Shown here piece by piece: positions 21,583 to 31,772 of a DNA stretch of 64,000 nucleotides. The stretch covers positions 576,001-640,000 of the forward strand of contig CAVPIB010000001.1 in the NCBI GenBank assembly GCA_963704885.1. Reading direction: 5' to 3'. Numbering within the stretch: the first letter of the stretch is position 1; every line of letters begins with the position of its first letter. This DNA comes from an uncultured Actinomycetes bacterium. Its GTDB lineage: Bacteria; Actinomycetota; UBA4738; HRBIN12. The notes under the pieces were generated by a model that was not told the DNA's origin, made no database searches, and saw only the letters and a list, made by a program, of their open reading frames with translations. A program made the translations under genes and the position numbers.

Positions 21583-22514
21583 CGCTGCTCGCTCCGAGAC
21601 GCAAGGACGGCCCCGGCGATCACCAGGCAGATCCCCACCACCGACAACGGGTTGATCTGCTCGTCGCGGAACACCACCCCGAGGATGAGTGCAACGACCG
21701 GGATGAGGTAGATCGCGAACGATGCGCGCGAGCCGACCCGCGACACCAGGTGACCCATCATCACGAACGCGATGCCGGTTCCGAGGATCCCCAGCGTGGC
21801 GACGGCCAGGACAGACGGCCACGCGAACGAGGACCCGCGGATCGCGTACAGGCCCAGCGGGGCCGTCCACACGGCGCCCCATCCGAGCATGCGAGCCGTC
21901 ACCGGGAGTGCGCCGTAGCGCTGCGTGAGTGGCGCGGCGATGTTGACGGCGAGCCCGTAGCAGACGGTGGCAACCAGCGCGAGGATCACGCCGATCGCTT
22001 CGCTCGATCCAGCGCTCAGCGAAGGGAGCGCGATGGCCGCGATCCCGAAGAAGCCGATCACCAGACCAAGCGACTGCGCTCTGCCGGGCCTCCGTCGCAG
22101 CATCAGCGAGCTGATGAGCACCGCGAAGATGGGGAGCGCGCCGTTGATCAGGCCCGCGAGCCCCGAGCTGATCCACTGCTGCACTATCGGGAACAGGGTG
22201 AACGGGATGGCGATCCATAGGACGGACAACGTCACGAGCCTGGGTAGATCCTCCCGCTGCATCGGCCGCCTAGCGGCAGGGACCAACCAGAGGGCGGACG
22301 CGCCCAGGAGGGTCCGCAACCAGGTGACCAGCCCGGGTTCGAAGGCATCCAACCCGATCGCGATGAGCAGGAAGGACGACCCCCAGATCGCGCCGATAGA
22401 CAGGAAGAGCGCCCAATCGGCTGGCGTGAACGCACCCGCATTGGTCCCGGCGGTCGTGGTGAGCACGCTCCGACGGGTGGTGCTCGGTCGGGGTGCGGCC
22501 TGAGGGTCGGTCAC
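21579..22514 (-). CDS. DMT/EamA family transporter
   Basis: IWGSSF, two EamA repeats, YLIPVVA..LG....E. Confidence 0.9.
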   Translation of the reverse strand: MTDPQAAPRPSTTRRSVLTTTAGTNAGAFTPADWALFLSIGAIWGSSFLLIAIGLDAFEPGLVTWLRTLLGASALWLVPAARRPMQREDLPRLVTLSVLWIAIPFTLFPIVQQWISSGLAGLINGALPIFAVLISSLMLRRRPGRAQSLGLVIGFFGIAAIALPSLSAGSSEAIGVILALVATVCYGLAVNIAAPLTQRYGALPVTARMLGWGAVWTAPLGLYAIRGSSFAWPSVLAVATLGILGTGIAFVMMGHLVSRVGSRASFAIYLIPVVALILGVVFRDEQINPLSVVGICLVIAGAVLASRSEQR

Positions 22515-23425
22515 GGCAGGTGCGCGATCGAACCCGGCGCCGGCTCGGGGTAGGCCTCAGGGTGGACCGCCCACGCCAAGATCTCCAGGCCGTCTACGAG
22601 TCGCGGTCCAGGTCTGGAGAAGTACGACGTGGCATCCACGGCGAAGACGTTCCCGTTGCGCGCGGCGGGAGTCTCGGCGAAGTCGGGTTGCTGCCGGAGC
22701 GCCGCGCCCTCTTGCTCGGCCTCTTCCAGGTAGTAGCCGCAGGGCATGAACACGATGACCTCGGGGTTCTCGTCGCGGACCTGTCGCCACGTGACCACCT
22801 TGGAGGGCTCGCCCTTGGCGTTCAGGACGTTGACGCCGCCGGCGGCCTCGACCATCTCGGGGATCCAGTGGCCACCGACGAACGCCGGCTCGGCCCACTC
22901 CAGGCAGAAGACCCTGATCGTCGGTAGCCGCAGGGCGATCTCCTTCACGCGCGCGACGCGGGCCCGCAAGGTGGCCGCGAGCTCCCTCGCCCGCTGTTCC
23001 GCGCCGAGGACCTCGCCGACCTCAGCGATCTGGGCGATCACATCGTCCAGCGTGTGCGGGTCGAGCGAGATGACTTTGGCGTCGGGAAGCCCCAGCTCGT
23101 CGAGTGCGCGTTCGACCTGGCCGCTGGGTATCGCGCAGACGCGGCAGAGATCCTGGGTCAAGATCACATCGGGGCGTTCCCGGCGAAGGAGGTCTCTGTC
23201 CAAGATGAAGAGCGGCTCCTTCCCATCCATCCGTTGCCGTACGGCGTCGTCGATCTCCCGCGAGGTGAGAGGCCGGCCTTGGGGGAGGGCGCTGCGGGAC
23301 ACGACCGGCTTCGTGACGGCGTCTGGCGGGTAGTCGCACTCGTCGGTCACGCCGACCAGGTCGGCGCCCATCCCGAGGGCGTAGACGATCTCGGTCGCCG
23401 ATGGCAGCAGGGACACGATCTTCAT
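22511..23425 (-). CDS. cobalamin/iron-complex-type substrate-binding protein (BtuF-like, no signal peptide)
   Basis: KIVSLLPSATEI, ECDYP, TQDLC.VCA, GHW.PE, FSRPGPRL. Confidence 0.85.
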   Translation of the reverse strand: MKIVSLLPSATEIVYALGMGADLVGVTDECDYPPDAVTKPVVSRSALPQGRPLTSREIDDAVRQRMDGKEPLFILDRDLLRRERPDVILTQDLCRVCAIPSGQVERALDELGLPDAKVISLDPHTLDDVIAQIAEVGEVLGAEQRARELAATLRARVARVKEIALRLPTIRVFCLEWAEPAFVGGHWIPEMVEAAGGVNVLNAKGEPSKVVTWRQVRDENPEVIVFMPCGYYLEEAEQEGAALRQQPDFAETPAARNGNVFAVDATSYFSRPGPRLVDGLEILAWAVHPEAYPEPAPGSIAHLP

Positions 23426-24507
23426 CCCGGCAAGTCTCGCAGTCGGCCGGGATCTTGGAGCAGGTCGACCAGGTCGGTGAGCGCGCGCCCGACCGCTGCG
23501 CCGTCGAGCACCCTGTGGTCGAAGGTCAGCGAGAGCGTGCATGCCGGTCGCGCGGCGATCGCGCCGTTGACCACGAGCGCGCGCGGTTGGATCACGCCGA
23601 GGGCGATGGTGACGGCGTTCCCCGGGTTGAGGAGCGGCGTGCCGGCCTCCGAGCCGTAGCTCCCCGTGTTGCTAACCGAGATCGTGCTCCCGCGGAGGTC
23701 GGCGGGTCGCAGGTGCCCGCCGCGCGCGGCCTCAGCGAGCCGTCCGATCTCGCCGGCGATGCCCGCGATGCCCATGGCGTGGGCATTCATGAGCACCGGC
23801 ACCATGAGCCCCTTCTCGGTGTCGATCGCGATCCCGACATGCACCGAACGGAACTCATGGATCCCGTCGTCCATCCAAGCGGCGTTGATGAGCTCGTGAT
23901 CGGCGCAGACCCGCGTCAACGCGGCAACGAACAGCGGCAACGGCGACACGTCGAGCTCCCGACGGAACCCGTCCAGCTCCGAACAATCCACGGTCCGAAA
24001 CGTGGTCACCTGCGGGATGGCCGCTACCTCCGTCAGCCGCCGAGCGATCTCACGCCGCACCGGCGATACGGGGCTCACGCCCGCGACGTCGTTCGTCCAG
24101 CCACCTGCGGCATCCAGATCCTCGATCGTGATGCGGCCGCTCGGTCCGGTGCCCGACACGGTCGACAGGTCGATCCCTCGATCCTTCGCCAGCTTCCTGA
24201 CCGCTGGGGTCGCAGCCACGGCTGGGGCGGTCACCGCTGACGGCGGCGCGGCGTCGGTCTCCGCGGTCTCGACCTCGAAAGTCACTAGCGGAGCGCCGAC
24301 CGGCACGGCATCGCCCAGGCTGCCATGAAGGGTGACGATCACCCCAACGAACGGCGAGGGGATCTCCACCGTCGCCTTCGCTGTCTCCACCTCCACGAGC
24401 GGTTGGTTCAGCGCGATCCGGTCGCCCTCGGCGACGAGCCACGCAACGATCTCGCCCTCTTCGAGTCCTTCGCCCAGGTCCGGCATCAGGAAGACCTTCT
24501 CGGGCAT
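23422..24507 (-). CDS. 2-oxoacid dehydrogenase E2 dihydrolipoamide acyltransferase
   Basis: Lipoyl domain EVETAKA, PAVRKLA E3-binding domain, TFDHRVLDG. Confidence 0.93.
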   Translation of the reverse strand: MPEKVFLMPDLGEGLEEGEIVAWLVAEGDRIALNQPLVEVETAKATVEIPSPFVGVIVTLHGSLGDAVPVGAPLVTFEVETAETDAAPPSAVTAPAVAATPAVRKLAKDRGIDLSTVSGTGPSGRITIEDLDAAGGWTNDVAGVSPVSPVRREIARRLTEVAAIPQVTTFRTVDCSELDGFRRELDVSPLPLFVAALTRVCADHELINAAWMDDGIHEFRSVHVGIAIDTEKGLMVPVLMNAHAMGIAGIAGEIGRLAEAARGGHLRPADLRGSTISVSNTGSYGSEAGTPLLNPGNAVTIALGVIQPRALVVNGAIAARPACTLSLTFDHRVLDGAAVGRALTDLVDLLQDPGRLRDLPG

Positions 24508-25481
24508 CAGTAGCTCACCGTCCGTCGGACGGCGTCCGTGATCCGCTCCAAGCTCGGCAGGTAATGCTGTTCGAGCGACGCCGGCGGATACGGCACGTCC
24601 CACCCGGTCACCCGGGCCACTGGTGCCTGTAGGTGGTCGAACGCCAACTCCATCACTCGCGCCGCGATCTCGGCTCCCATGCCGAGCGTGCGCGGCGCCT
24701 CGTGCACCACGACGACCCGTCCGGTCTCCCGGACGCAGCGGCCGATCAGGTCTAGGTCCAGCGGCGAGAGCGAGCGCAGGTCGACGACGCGCGCGTCGAC
24801 GCCTTCCGCGGCGAGCACGTCGGCCGACTCCAGGCATCGGGTGACCATGGCGCCGTAGGTCATCACTGTGCACGCGACGCCGTCGCGGAGGATCCTGCCT
24901 TCGCCGATCGCGGGGCCTTCGGTGGAGAGCTCTCCGTCCTCCTTGGTCCAGTACCGTGCCTTGGGCTCCAGGACGATCACCGGATCGGGATCGGCGATCG
25001 CCAAGCGCAGGAGCCGATAGGCATCGAGCGGTGTGGAGGGTGCGACAACCTTCAGCCCGGCCGTGTGCACGTAGTAGGTCTCGGGGCTCTCGCCGTGATG
25101 CTCCTTGCCGCGGATGCCACCGAACGACGGGATCCGGATCGTGATCGGCATCTCCACGCGACCCCGGGCCCGTTCGCGGTACTTCGCCACGTGGCTGATC
25201 ACCTGATCGAGCGCCGGGTAGCTGAAGCCATCGAACTGGATCTCCACCACGGGTCTCCACCCCGCGAGCGCCAATCCGACCGCGGCACCGACCATCCCGG
25301 CCTCCGCGATCGGCGTGTCGAACACGCGCGCCTCGCCGAACTCGTCCTGCAGGCCGTCGGTCACGCGGAACACGCCGCCGAGCGTCCCGATGTCCTGACC
25401 GTAGAGGAGCACCCGCGGATCCTCGTTGAGCGCGTGCCGAAGCGCCGAGTTCAGCGCGGCGGACATGGTGATCTCAGGCAT
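24507..25481 (-). CDS. 2-oxoacid dehydrogenase E1 beta
   Basis: GGVFRVTDGL, DTPIAE, EIQFDGF, EHH.ESPE, DLRSL.PLD. Confidence 0.93.
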   Translation of the reverse strand: MPEITMSAALNSALRHALNEDPRVLLYGQDIGTLGGVFRVTDGLQDEFGEARVFDTPIAEAGMVGAAVGLALAGWRPVVEIQFDGFSYPALDQVISHVAKYRERARGRVEMPITIRIPSFGGIRGKEHHGESPETYYVHTAGLKVVAPSTPLDAYRLLRLAIADPDPVIVLEPKARYWTKEDGELSTEGPAIGEGRILRDGVACTVMTYGAMVTRCLESADVLAAEGVDARVVDLRSLSPLDLDLIGRCVRETGRVVVVHEAPRTLGMGAEIAARVMELAFDHLQAPVARVTGWDVPYPPASLEQHYLPSLERITDAVRRTVSY

Positions 25482-26538
25482 CGCCGAGCGCCTCCGTGCG
25501 CTGTCGCAGGAGCTGTGCGGGCGATTCCACGTAGGTCCAGTCGAACATCCACTCCACCGGCGGGGCCTCCGTCGCGACGACCGCTGCGCGGATCTCGGCG
25601 ACCCGGGCCTCCGCATCCGCCTCGCATCCGGTCACGAACGCCTCGTCGGCGTGGCCGGTCGCGAGCAGCCACGCGCGGTACCTGGCGATCGGGTCGAGGG
25701 CCCGCCAGCCCTCGACCTCCGCTTCGTCGCGATAGCGAGTGGCGTCGTCGGCCGTCGTGTGGGGGCCGACCCGGTAGGTCATGGCCTCGATCAGCGTCGG
25801 CCCGCCGCCCGCATGAGCGCGGGCCACCGCATCCTTCGTCACGTGGTACACGGCGAGCACGTCGTTGCCGTCCACGCGAACCCCGGGGAAGCCGTAGCCC
25901 TCGGCTCGCTTCCAGATCTCGCCGCTCGTCTGCGAAGTGGTCGGCACGCTGATCGCCCAGCCGTTGTTCTGGCAGAACAGGACCGCCGGCGAACGGAAGA
26001 CCGCCGCCATGTTCGCGGCCTCGTGGAAATCGCCCTCGCTGGCCGATCCATCGCCGAAGTACGCGATCGCACAGGCCTCGATGCCGTCCAGGCTTAGCCC
26101 CATCGCGTAGCCGACCGCGTGTGAGATCTGGGTTGCGGTCGGCACGCAGATCGGCGCGAACCGCGTGGCCCGCGGGTCGTAGGGACCACCGTGCCATGTG
26201 CCTCGGTGGTAGTGCAGGTACTGGACGGGGTCGACCCCGCGGACCAGGGCCACCGCCAGTTCTCGGAACGACGGGAAGACGAAGTCCTGGGCGCCCAGGG
26301 CGAAGGCCGACCCGACCTGGGCGGCCTCCTGGCCTTCGAACGGGGGGTAGACGGTCAGCTCACCCTGGCGCTGCAGAGCCATGCACTCGCGATCGAGCCG
26401 GCGCCCCAGGACCATCCAGCGCAGCAGCTCTCGTAGTTCGTCCGGTGTGAGGCCGACGTCGGTGTCGCCGACGGGGGTGCCGTCGGGCGCGATGAGGCGG
26501 AACGGCTCGCTGCCGCCCCGTGGATCGGCGGTGGACAA
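25474..26538 (-). CDS. 2-oxoacid dehydrogenase E1 alpha
   Basis: GQEAAQVG, FGDG..SEGDFHE..N, QNN.WAIS, YR..HTTADD. Confidence 0.93.
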   Translation of the reverse strand: MSTADPRGGSEPFRLIAPDGTPVGDTDVGLTPDELRELLRWMVLGRRLDRECMALQRQGELTVYPPFEGQEAAQVGSAFALGAQDFVFPSFRELAVALVRGVDPVQYLHYHRGTWHGGPYDPRATRFAPICVPTATQISHAVGYAMGLSLDGIEACAIAYFGDGSASEGDFHEAANMAAVFRSPAVLFCQNNGWAISVPTTSQTSGEIWKRAEGYGFPGVRVDGNDVLAVYHVTKDAVARAHAGGGPTLIEAMTYRVGPHTTADDATRYRDEAEVEGWRALDPIARYRAWLLATGHADEAFVTGCEADAEARVAEIRAAVVATEAPPVEWMFDWTYVESPAQLLRQRTEALGDA

Positions 26539-26578
26539 GGCTTCAGCTCCTGCACCGGGAACGCCGAGAGCATAGGGG

Positions 26579-27412
26579 ATGGCGCCGTTCGCTAGACTCC
26601 GCGACGTGGTTCCCAGCGCCTACCTCCGCGTGTACCAGCCGCTCGATGCGTTCGATCGTCAGGAGCAGTTGCACTGGGAGCGCTACCTGGTCGACGGTGC
26701 GCGATCCACGTCGCTCCGGCCCAGGTATGCGGACCGCGTGACCAGCGGACGCTTGGGCATCATGGCGCCGTCCGACGGCGAGCACGCCGAGATCCGCGTG
26801 ATCGACGGCCGGACGTACGTGAGTCCCTGGCGGATGCGCCTTCGCGTGCTGGGCGCGCTGCTCTCGTTCGCGGGATCAGAGCCGCTGGAGCTCTCTGACC
26901 AGTACGTCACGAAGAAGGACGCCAAGCGGGCGGCGAAGGAGCTGGTCCGGTTCCGGCGGCGCGACCCCCGCGGGGTGGTCTTCGTGCATCAGAGCCCGTG
27001 GCACGTTCCGATCCGCTGGTTCGTGCTCTTCGATGACGGCGATCGATGGTTGGGTGAGGATGAGTTCGACCGGACCCGACTCCGCTACCACACGACCGCC
27101 CGGCGAGCGATGCGCCGCGCGGAACGCGCCATCCCGGTGCTCCGCCGGACGGACCTGGGACCGATCTCAGAGTTGATCTTGGACCTGCACCAGTGGTTGG
27201 CGGCGTTCGACCCGGGCTCGCTCTTGGAGCTCGACTACGCCTCGTTGTGCGACTTCATGAGCTGGGACGAGCTCGACGACGACCGGTCTTCGCGCGATCT
27301 CCACGAGGCGCTGGATGCGCTCGAGCGCGAGGAGTTCCCGCGTTCGGCCGACATCTACCAGGGTGTCCTGACCCACTGGGCCGAGGTCCGCAGCCGCGAG
27401 ATCATGAACTGA
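26579..27412 (+). CDS. conserved actinobacterial hypothetical protein
   Basis: AYLRVYQPL, W.VP.RWF, WL..F...S..ELDY; coding-like GC3. Confidence 0.75.
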   Translation: MAPFARLRDVVPSAYLRVYQPLDAFDRQEQLHWERYLVDGARSTSLRPRYADRVTSGRLGIMAPSDGEHAEIRVIDGRTYVSPWRMRLRVLGALLSFAGSEPLELSDQYVTKKDAKRAAKELVRFRRRDPRGVVFVHQSPWHVPIRWFVLFDDGDRWLGEDEFDRTRLRYHTTARRAMRRAERAIPVLRRTDLGPISELILDLHQWLAAFDPGSLLELDYASLCDFMSWDELDDDRSSRDLHEALDALEREEFPRSADIYQGVLTHWAEVRSREIMN

Positions 27413-27442
27413 TGAGGATCGATGCGATCGGGATCCTGGTCG

Positions 27443-27515
27443 TGGCCAGGGGCAGAATCGAACTGCCGACACCGCGGTTTTCAGCCGCGTGCTCTGCCAA
27501 CTGAGCTACCTGGCC
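27443..27515 (-). tRNA. tRNA-Phe(GAA)
   Basis: GGCCAGGTAGCTCAGTTGGCAGAGCACGCGGCTGAAAACCGCGGTGTCGGCAGTTCGATTCTGCCCCTGGCCA cloverleaf; CCA not encoded. Confidence 0.96.
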
Positions 27516-27517
27516 TG

Positions 27518-27650
27518 GGCCGGTAGAAAACCTGGCAGAGATCGATACCGAGGTCATCACCAGCGCGTTGAAGTGTAGCGAGCGGAGGTGGGTCCGGGCT
27601 CGGTAACGCCATCTCGGCCTAAAGGATGTTTGCGAGACGACCTTGATCCC
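27518..27650. repeat. transposon end, copy A
   Basis: GGCCGGTAGAAA.CCTGGCAG...AGTGTAGCGAG...GTAACGCCATCT.GGCCT; alignable with 32503-32630 and partly with 31773-31866. Confidence 0.8.
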
Positions 27651-27679
27651 TGCCGGGGTGGTGCCGGGAGTGGAGTGAG

Positions 27680-28140
27680 TCAGGCGGCCGCTTCGAGGCC
27701 CCCAGCCGCTCTGTAGCGGGCCATCGTGAGCGCGTTGACCATCACAGCCCAGCCGAGCATCTCGACCTGCTGACGACGCCATCCCAGGCTGTGAGCCCTG
27801 CCGAGGAACAGCGTGTCCTCCAAGGACCGGTTGAGCGATTCGGAGTCGTTCCGGCGCCCGTAGAGACGCGGGAAGTCCGGGTCCGAGGGCGGGATGGGCC
27901 GAACGTTCTCTGTCCGGTTGAATTTGCGTCTGCGGTCGTCTTCGTTCTGATGGAGGCGAACGGTGATCTGCCCCCGCCCAGGTGCTCGGGCAGCCGGTAG
28001 TCGTTGTACCAGCGATACAGGCCTGAGTCGGCTGCCTTCATCCTGTGCGTTCTCTTGCGGGTGAGGGGGGCGAACTCCAGCTCACCCGCCTCTGTCGGGC
28101 GCATGAGGCCGATCGCGCCCGCTTCGGAGTACAGACGGGT
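27680..28140 (-). pseudogene. DDE-type transposase C-terminal fragment (frameshifted)
   Basis: YRWYNDYRLPEHLGGG / frameshift near 27968 / ITVRLHQ..FNRTENVRPIPPSDPDFPRLYGRRNDSESLNRSLEDTL..RAHSLG..LEAAA*; Y-x2-R-x3-E resembles the YREK motif of IS4/IS5-like transposases. Confidence 0.7.
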
Positions 28141-28452
28141 CACCCCTTCGACGACCCGACCGCGCCGAGCTCGCCGTTCGCGATGACGCAGTACCGACTC
28201 GAGGCGACGGCGGAGGCGAAGGAACTCGAGACGGCGGCCGACGCGCTCGCCGCCCAGGCGCGGGAGAACGTGCAACGGGCGACGAACTACGTGCTCGCCG
28301 TCGTGCTGCCGGCGGTCGTCCTGTTCTTCGCGGGCATCAGTACGAAGCTCGCCGATCCACGCCTTCGCCGTCGGATCCTCGGTGCGGCGGTCGTGGTCCT
28401 CGTGGCGACGGTGGTGTGGCTCGTCACCTCGCCCGTCAGCATCTCGGTCTGA
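28141..28452 (+). pseudogene. 5'-truncated membrane protein (3' end only)
   Basis: P..DP.AP.SPFAM..Y, then two TM helices; no start, fused to the transposase fragment. Confidence 0.6.
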
Positions 28453-28481
28453 GCCCGACCCCACCGCGCACGAGCCCGCGA

Positions 28482-31400
28482 TCACTGCACCCAGAGACGG
28501 CTCAGCAGCACGCCCCACTGGGGATGCACCTGCACGTTCCCGGTCCTGGCCGAGACGGGGAGCGTGACCACCGGATTCGCGAGCGGCACCTGCACGGCCT
28601 CGTCCACGAGCCGGTGCTCGATCGCCGTCCACGCCCGGTTCGCCTCGCCCGGGTCGGTGGCCTCGAGCGCCTTCGCCCCGGCGATCATCCGGTCGATCGC
28701 TCGGTCGCAGTAGCCCGCGATGTTGCTCCCTCCTCGGCAGCCGAACTGCGGCTCGATGAAGTCGCTCGCCAGCGGATATTCCGACACCCAGCCGTTGAAG
28801 AACACGTGCGGGTGTCCCGCCGAGCCGGGCGGGGCATCGTAGACCGACGGGAAGTACTGCTCGGGCCCTACGGTCTTCACCGTGGCGCGGAACCCGAGCT
28901 CGTTCAGCAGGTCGGCCACGTACCGCATCACCCCGTCCGTACCGGGCACCTGCGGAGGGACAGGCGACAAGACCATGACCTCCGTCCCCGCCACGCCGGC
29001 GTCGGCGATCAGCGAGCTCGCACGAGCGAGGTCCGGTCCGGTCCAGACGCCGCTGCCCGGGTCGAGGGAGTGGGGGCAGTACAGGGCATAGCCCTGGAAC
29101 CCCGGCGGGAGGACCTGGCAGGTGATCCGAACCGATCGCGGGCCGCCGAACAGGTCGGCCACCTGCGAACGGTCGACCGCGAGGCTCAGCGCCTCACGGA
29201 CGACGGGATCGTCGAAGGGAGCCTTGCGCACGTCCAGCCCCACGAACAACGTCCAGGGAAGCACGTTGACCACGGCCTGATCGGGGTGCTGGGTGAGCAA
29301 CGTCTCCACATCCTTCGGCGACGGGATGCCGGCCAGCAGGTCTGCGTCGCCGGCCAGGACCCGGTCGAACGACGCCTCGGGATCCTCGCCGTACCACCGG
29401 ACCGAGATCCGATCCACGAACCCGTCCGGCTGCGCAGCGGCCGACCACTCGTCGAACTCGGTGTTGCGGACGAGTTCGACGGCGAGCGCGTCGATCCGCT
29501 CGATCGCGTAGGGGCCGGTCGCCGGCACGCTGGCCACCTCCTCGACCGGGGTCGTCGACGGCACCACGCTGGCGAGCGGGAGCGCCAACTTGTAGAGGAG
29601 GTCCGGGTCCCGGCGCGTGAGGGAGATCGTCACGCCGGCGCCGTCGACCGCGATCGCGTCCTCGAGGTCGCAGCGGGCCGGTCGCTGCGAGCAGGCGCTC
29701 ACCCCGTCGATCGCGTCGAAGAGGTCGGCCGCGTACCCGTTCAGCGAGACCGCCCGCTCGATCGAGTGCCGCACGTCCTCTCCCTGTAGGGGCGCGCCCG
29801 TCGAGAAGGTGACGCCCTCTTCGAGCGTGAACCGGTACGTCAGACCGTCGTCGGTGACCTGCGGCATCGCGGTGGCCAGGTCCGGGACGAGCGTCGCTCC
29901 GCTTGGCCCACCCACCTTCTTGTAGGTCACGAGGCGGTCGTTCGTGATCGACAGGATCTGCGAGATGATCTGGTCCTCCGCGAACACGGGGTCGAGCGAG
30001 GTCGGTACGCCGGGGGCCTCCACGTGCAGGGTGCCGCCGCGGTGCTGCGCCGAGGACGCACCGGCGGCGATCCAGAGCCCGTCCGGGTCGGCCGCGAGCG
30101 ACGCCGACGTGCTCCCGGTCGGGGTCCTGCGCGCGATCGCGTTCGTCGCGGGATCGATCGCCACGATCGAGTCGCCGAGCTCGTTGGCCGCCCAGAGGAG
30201 ACCGCCGGACGCGGCCAGCGCGTTCGGCCCTTCGCCCACCGACACCTTCGCCTCCTCGATCCCGGTCGCGGGGTCGACGCGGGAGACGGTGCCGTCGAGG
30301 TGGTTCGCGACCCAGATCGAATCGAACGCCGACGTGACCGCGGTCGGCCCGTTCCCCACGTTCTGCGTCAGTGTGATCGTCTCGGTCGTCGGGTCGATCC
30401 GAGCGATCTCCGCCGGCGCGATCGTGACCCAGACACCCTCGGGCGTGAACGCGACGCCCGCCGGCTCACCCGGGAGGGGGATCGAGACCGCCTCACCGGT
30501 CGAGGCGTCGATCCGGAGGAGCTGGGTACCGACCGAATCGGCCACCCAGAGCGCCCCGGTTCCCGAGGAGACGGCGACCGGCGTGGTCCCCGCCTCGAAC
30601 GACTGGCTCGGCTCGTTCGTCTCCGGATCGATCCGGTGGAGCCGACCGCCGGCGGCGTCCGTCACCCAGACGGCGTCGTCGTCGATCGCGATCCCCGAGG
30701 GCGTGCCGCCGACCCCGATCGTGTCGACGATCGTGGCGCTGTCAAGATCGATCCGCGCGACCCGGCCCCGGTCGGGCCAGGCGATCCACAGGCTCCCGAA
30801 CCCGATCGCGCTCGCCCCGGGCCGCTCCTCAAGCGGCACCGTCTGCTCGAGCCGCTCGCCCGTGGGGTCCAGCCGGGCGGCGGTGTTCGCGGGGATCGCG
30901 ATCGGCCCGTCGTCGGACCCGATCCGCGGGACGACGACCGCGACGAGCGCGAGGGCGACGAGCACCGCGACGCCGACGGTCCATCGGGTGACCCGGCGTC
31001 GGGATGCCGTGTCCGGCTCGATCGCCGCGAGGCGCTCGGCTGCCTCGCCGGGGTCGGCGGGCGCGCGCCGGGGCTCGCCGTCGACCTTCGTGACGGCGCG
31101 GACGCGCCAGGCGCCGTCGAGCCCCTTCAGGGTGTGCTCGCCACGTTCCTCGAACCCGAAACCGGCGCCGGCGACCAGCTCGCTCGTCGACGCGGTCACG
31201 AGCACGTCGCCGGCGCCGCCGAGCGACATCACGCGCGCGCCGACCACGACGGCGAGGCCGCCGAGCTTTCCCCGACCCGCTCGCACTCGCCGAAGTGCAC
31301 GCCGGCGCGGATCTCGATCCCGAACGCGCGGACCGCGTCCGCGGCCGCGCAGGCGCAGCGGATCGCGGCGGCGGGCTCGGAGAAGCTCGCGAAGAACCCG

Positions 31401-31582
31401 TCCCCAGCGGTGTCGAGCTCGCGGCCCCCGAAGCGTTTCAGCTCTCGTCGTACCGCCGCGTGGTGGCGGGCGATCAGCTCCTTCCACCTCGCGTCGCCGA
31501 TGCGGCTCGCGACGGCGGTCGAGTCGACGATGTCCGTGAACAGGACGGCGGCGAGGATGCGCGAGGCCGAACGTCCGCTCAT
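28482..31582 (-). pseudogene. class III nucleotide cyclase-TM-beta-propeller-family 5 solute-binding fusion, one frameshift
   Basis: LFTDIVDST, DTAGDGFF, RAGVHFGE (31582-31275), then another frame KLGGLAV..GARV..LKG, TM, repeated GxLWVA/RIDP blades, SLDP..LVPDLA..TYRF.L..G..FS.G, ATGPY; 1-nt shift in the C run 31270-31273. Confidence 0.85.
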
Positions 31583-31663
31583 GCGGCCGTAGTGTCGCCG
31601 AAGATGCATCGAAACGCGAGCAGCGCCCTGCCTCCGACCATCCCGGTCGCTACACTCGTCGGC

Positions 31664-31736
31664 GGAGACGTTCCTGAGTGGCCGAAAGGAGCCGCCTGCT
31701 AAGCGGTACTCGGGGAAACACCAACCCCGATCGGGG
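31664..31736 (+). pseudogene. truncated tRNA-Ser(GCT)
   Basis: GGAGACG TT CCTGAGTGGCCGAAAGG A GCCGC-CTGCTAA-GCGGT and a long variable arm TCGGGG..CCCCGA; T-loop and 3' acceptor strand missing; TACACT -10 at 31651. Confidence 0.8.
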
Positions 31737-31772
31737 AGGCGGCGAGTCAGGCGGCCGCTTCGAGGCTGGCCT

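Noticed and set aside
29944-31592. Long antisense ORFs (531 and 522 aa here, and similar ones across the window)
   Set aside because: Shadow frames of high-GC genes, with Arg/Pro/Ala-rich composition and no motifs.
31664-31736. Functional, split or intron-containing tRNA-Ser, or tRNA-Sec
   Set aside because: The anticodon is GCT, and I found no matching 3' half (T-loop plus CGTCTCC) in the window; the sequence runs into a transposase tail.
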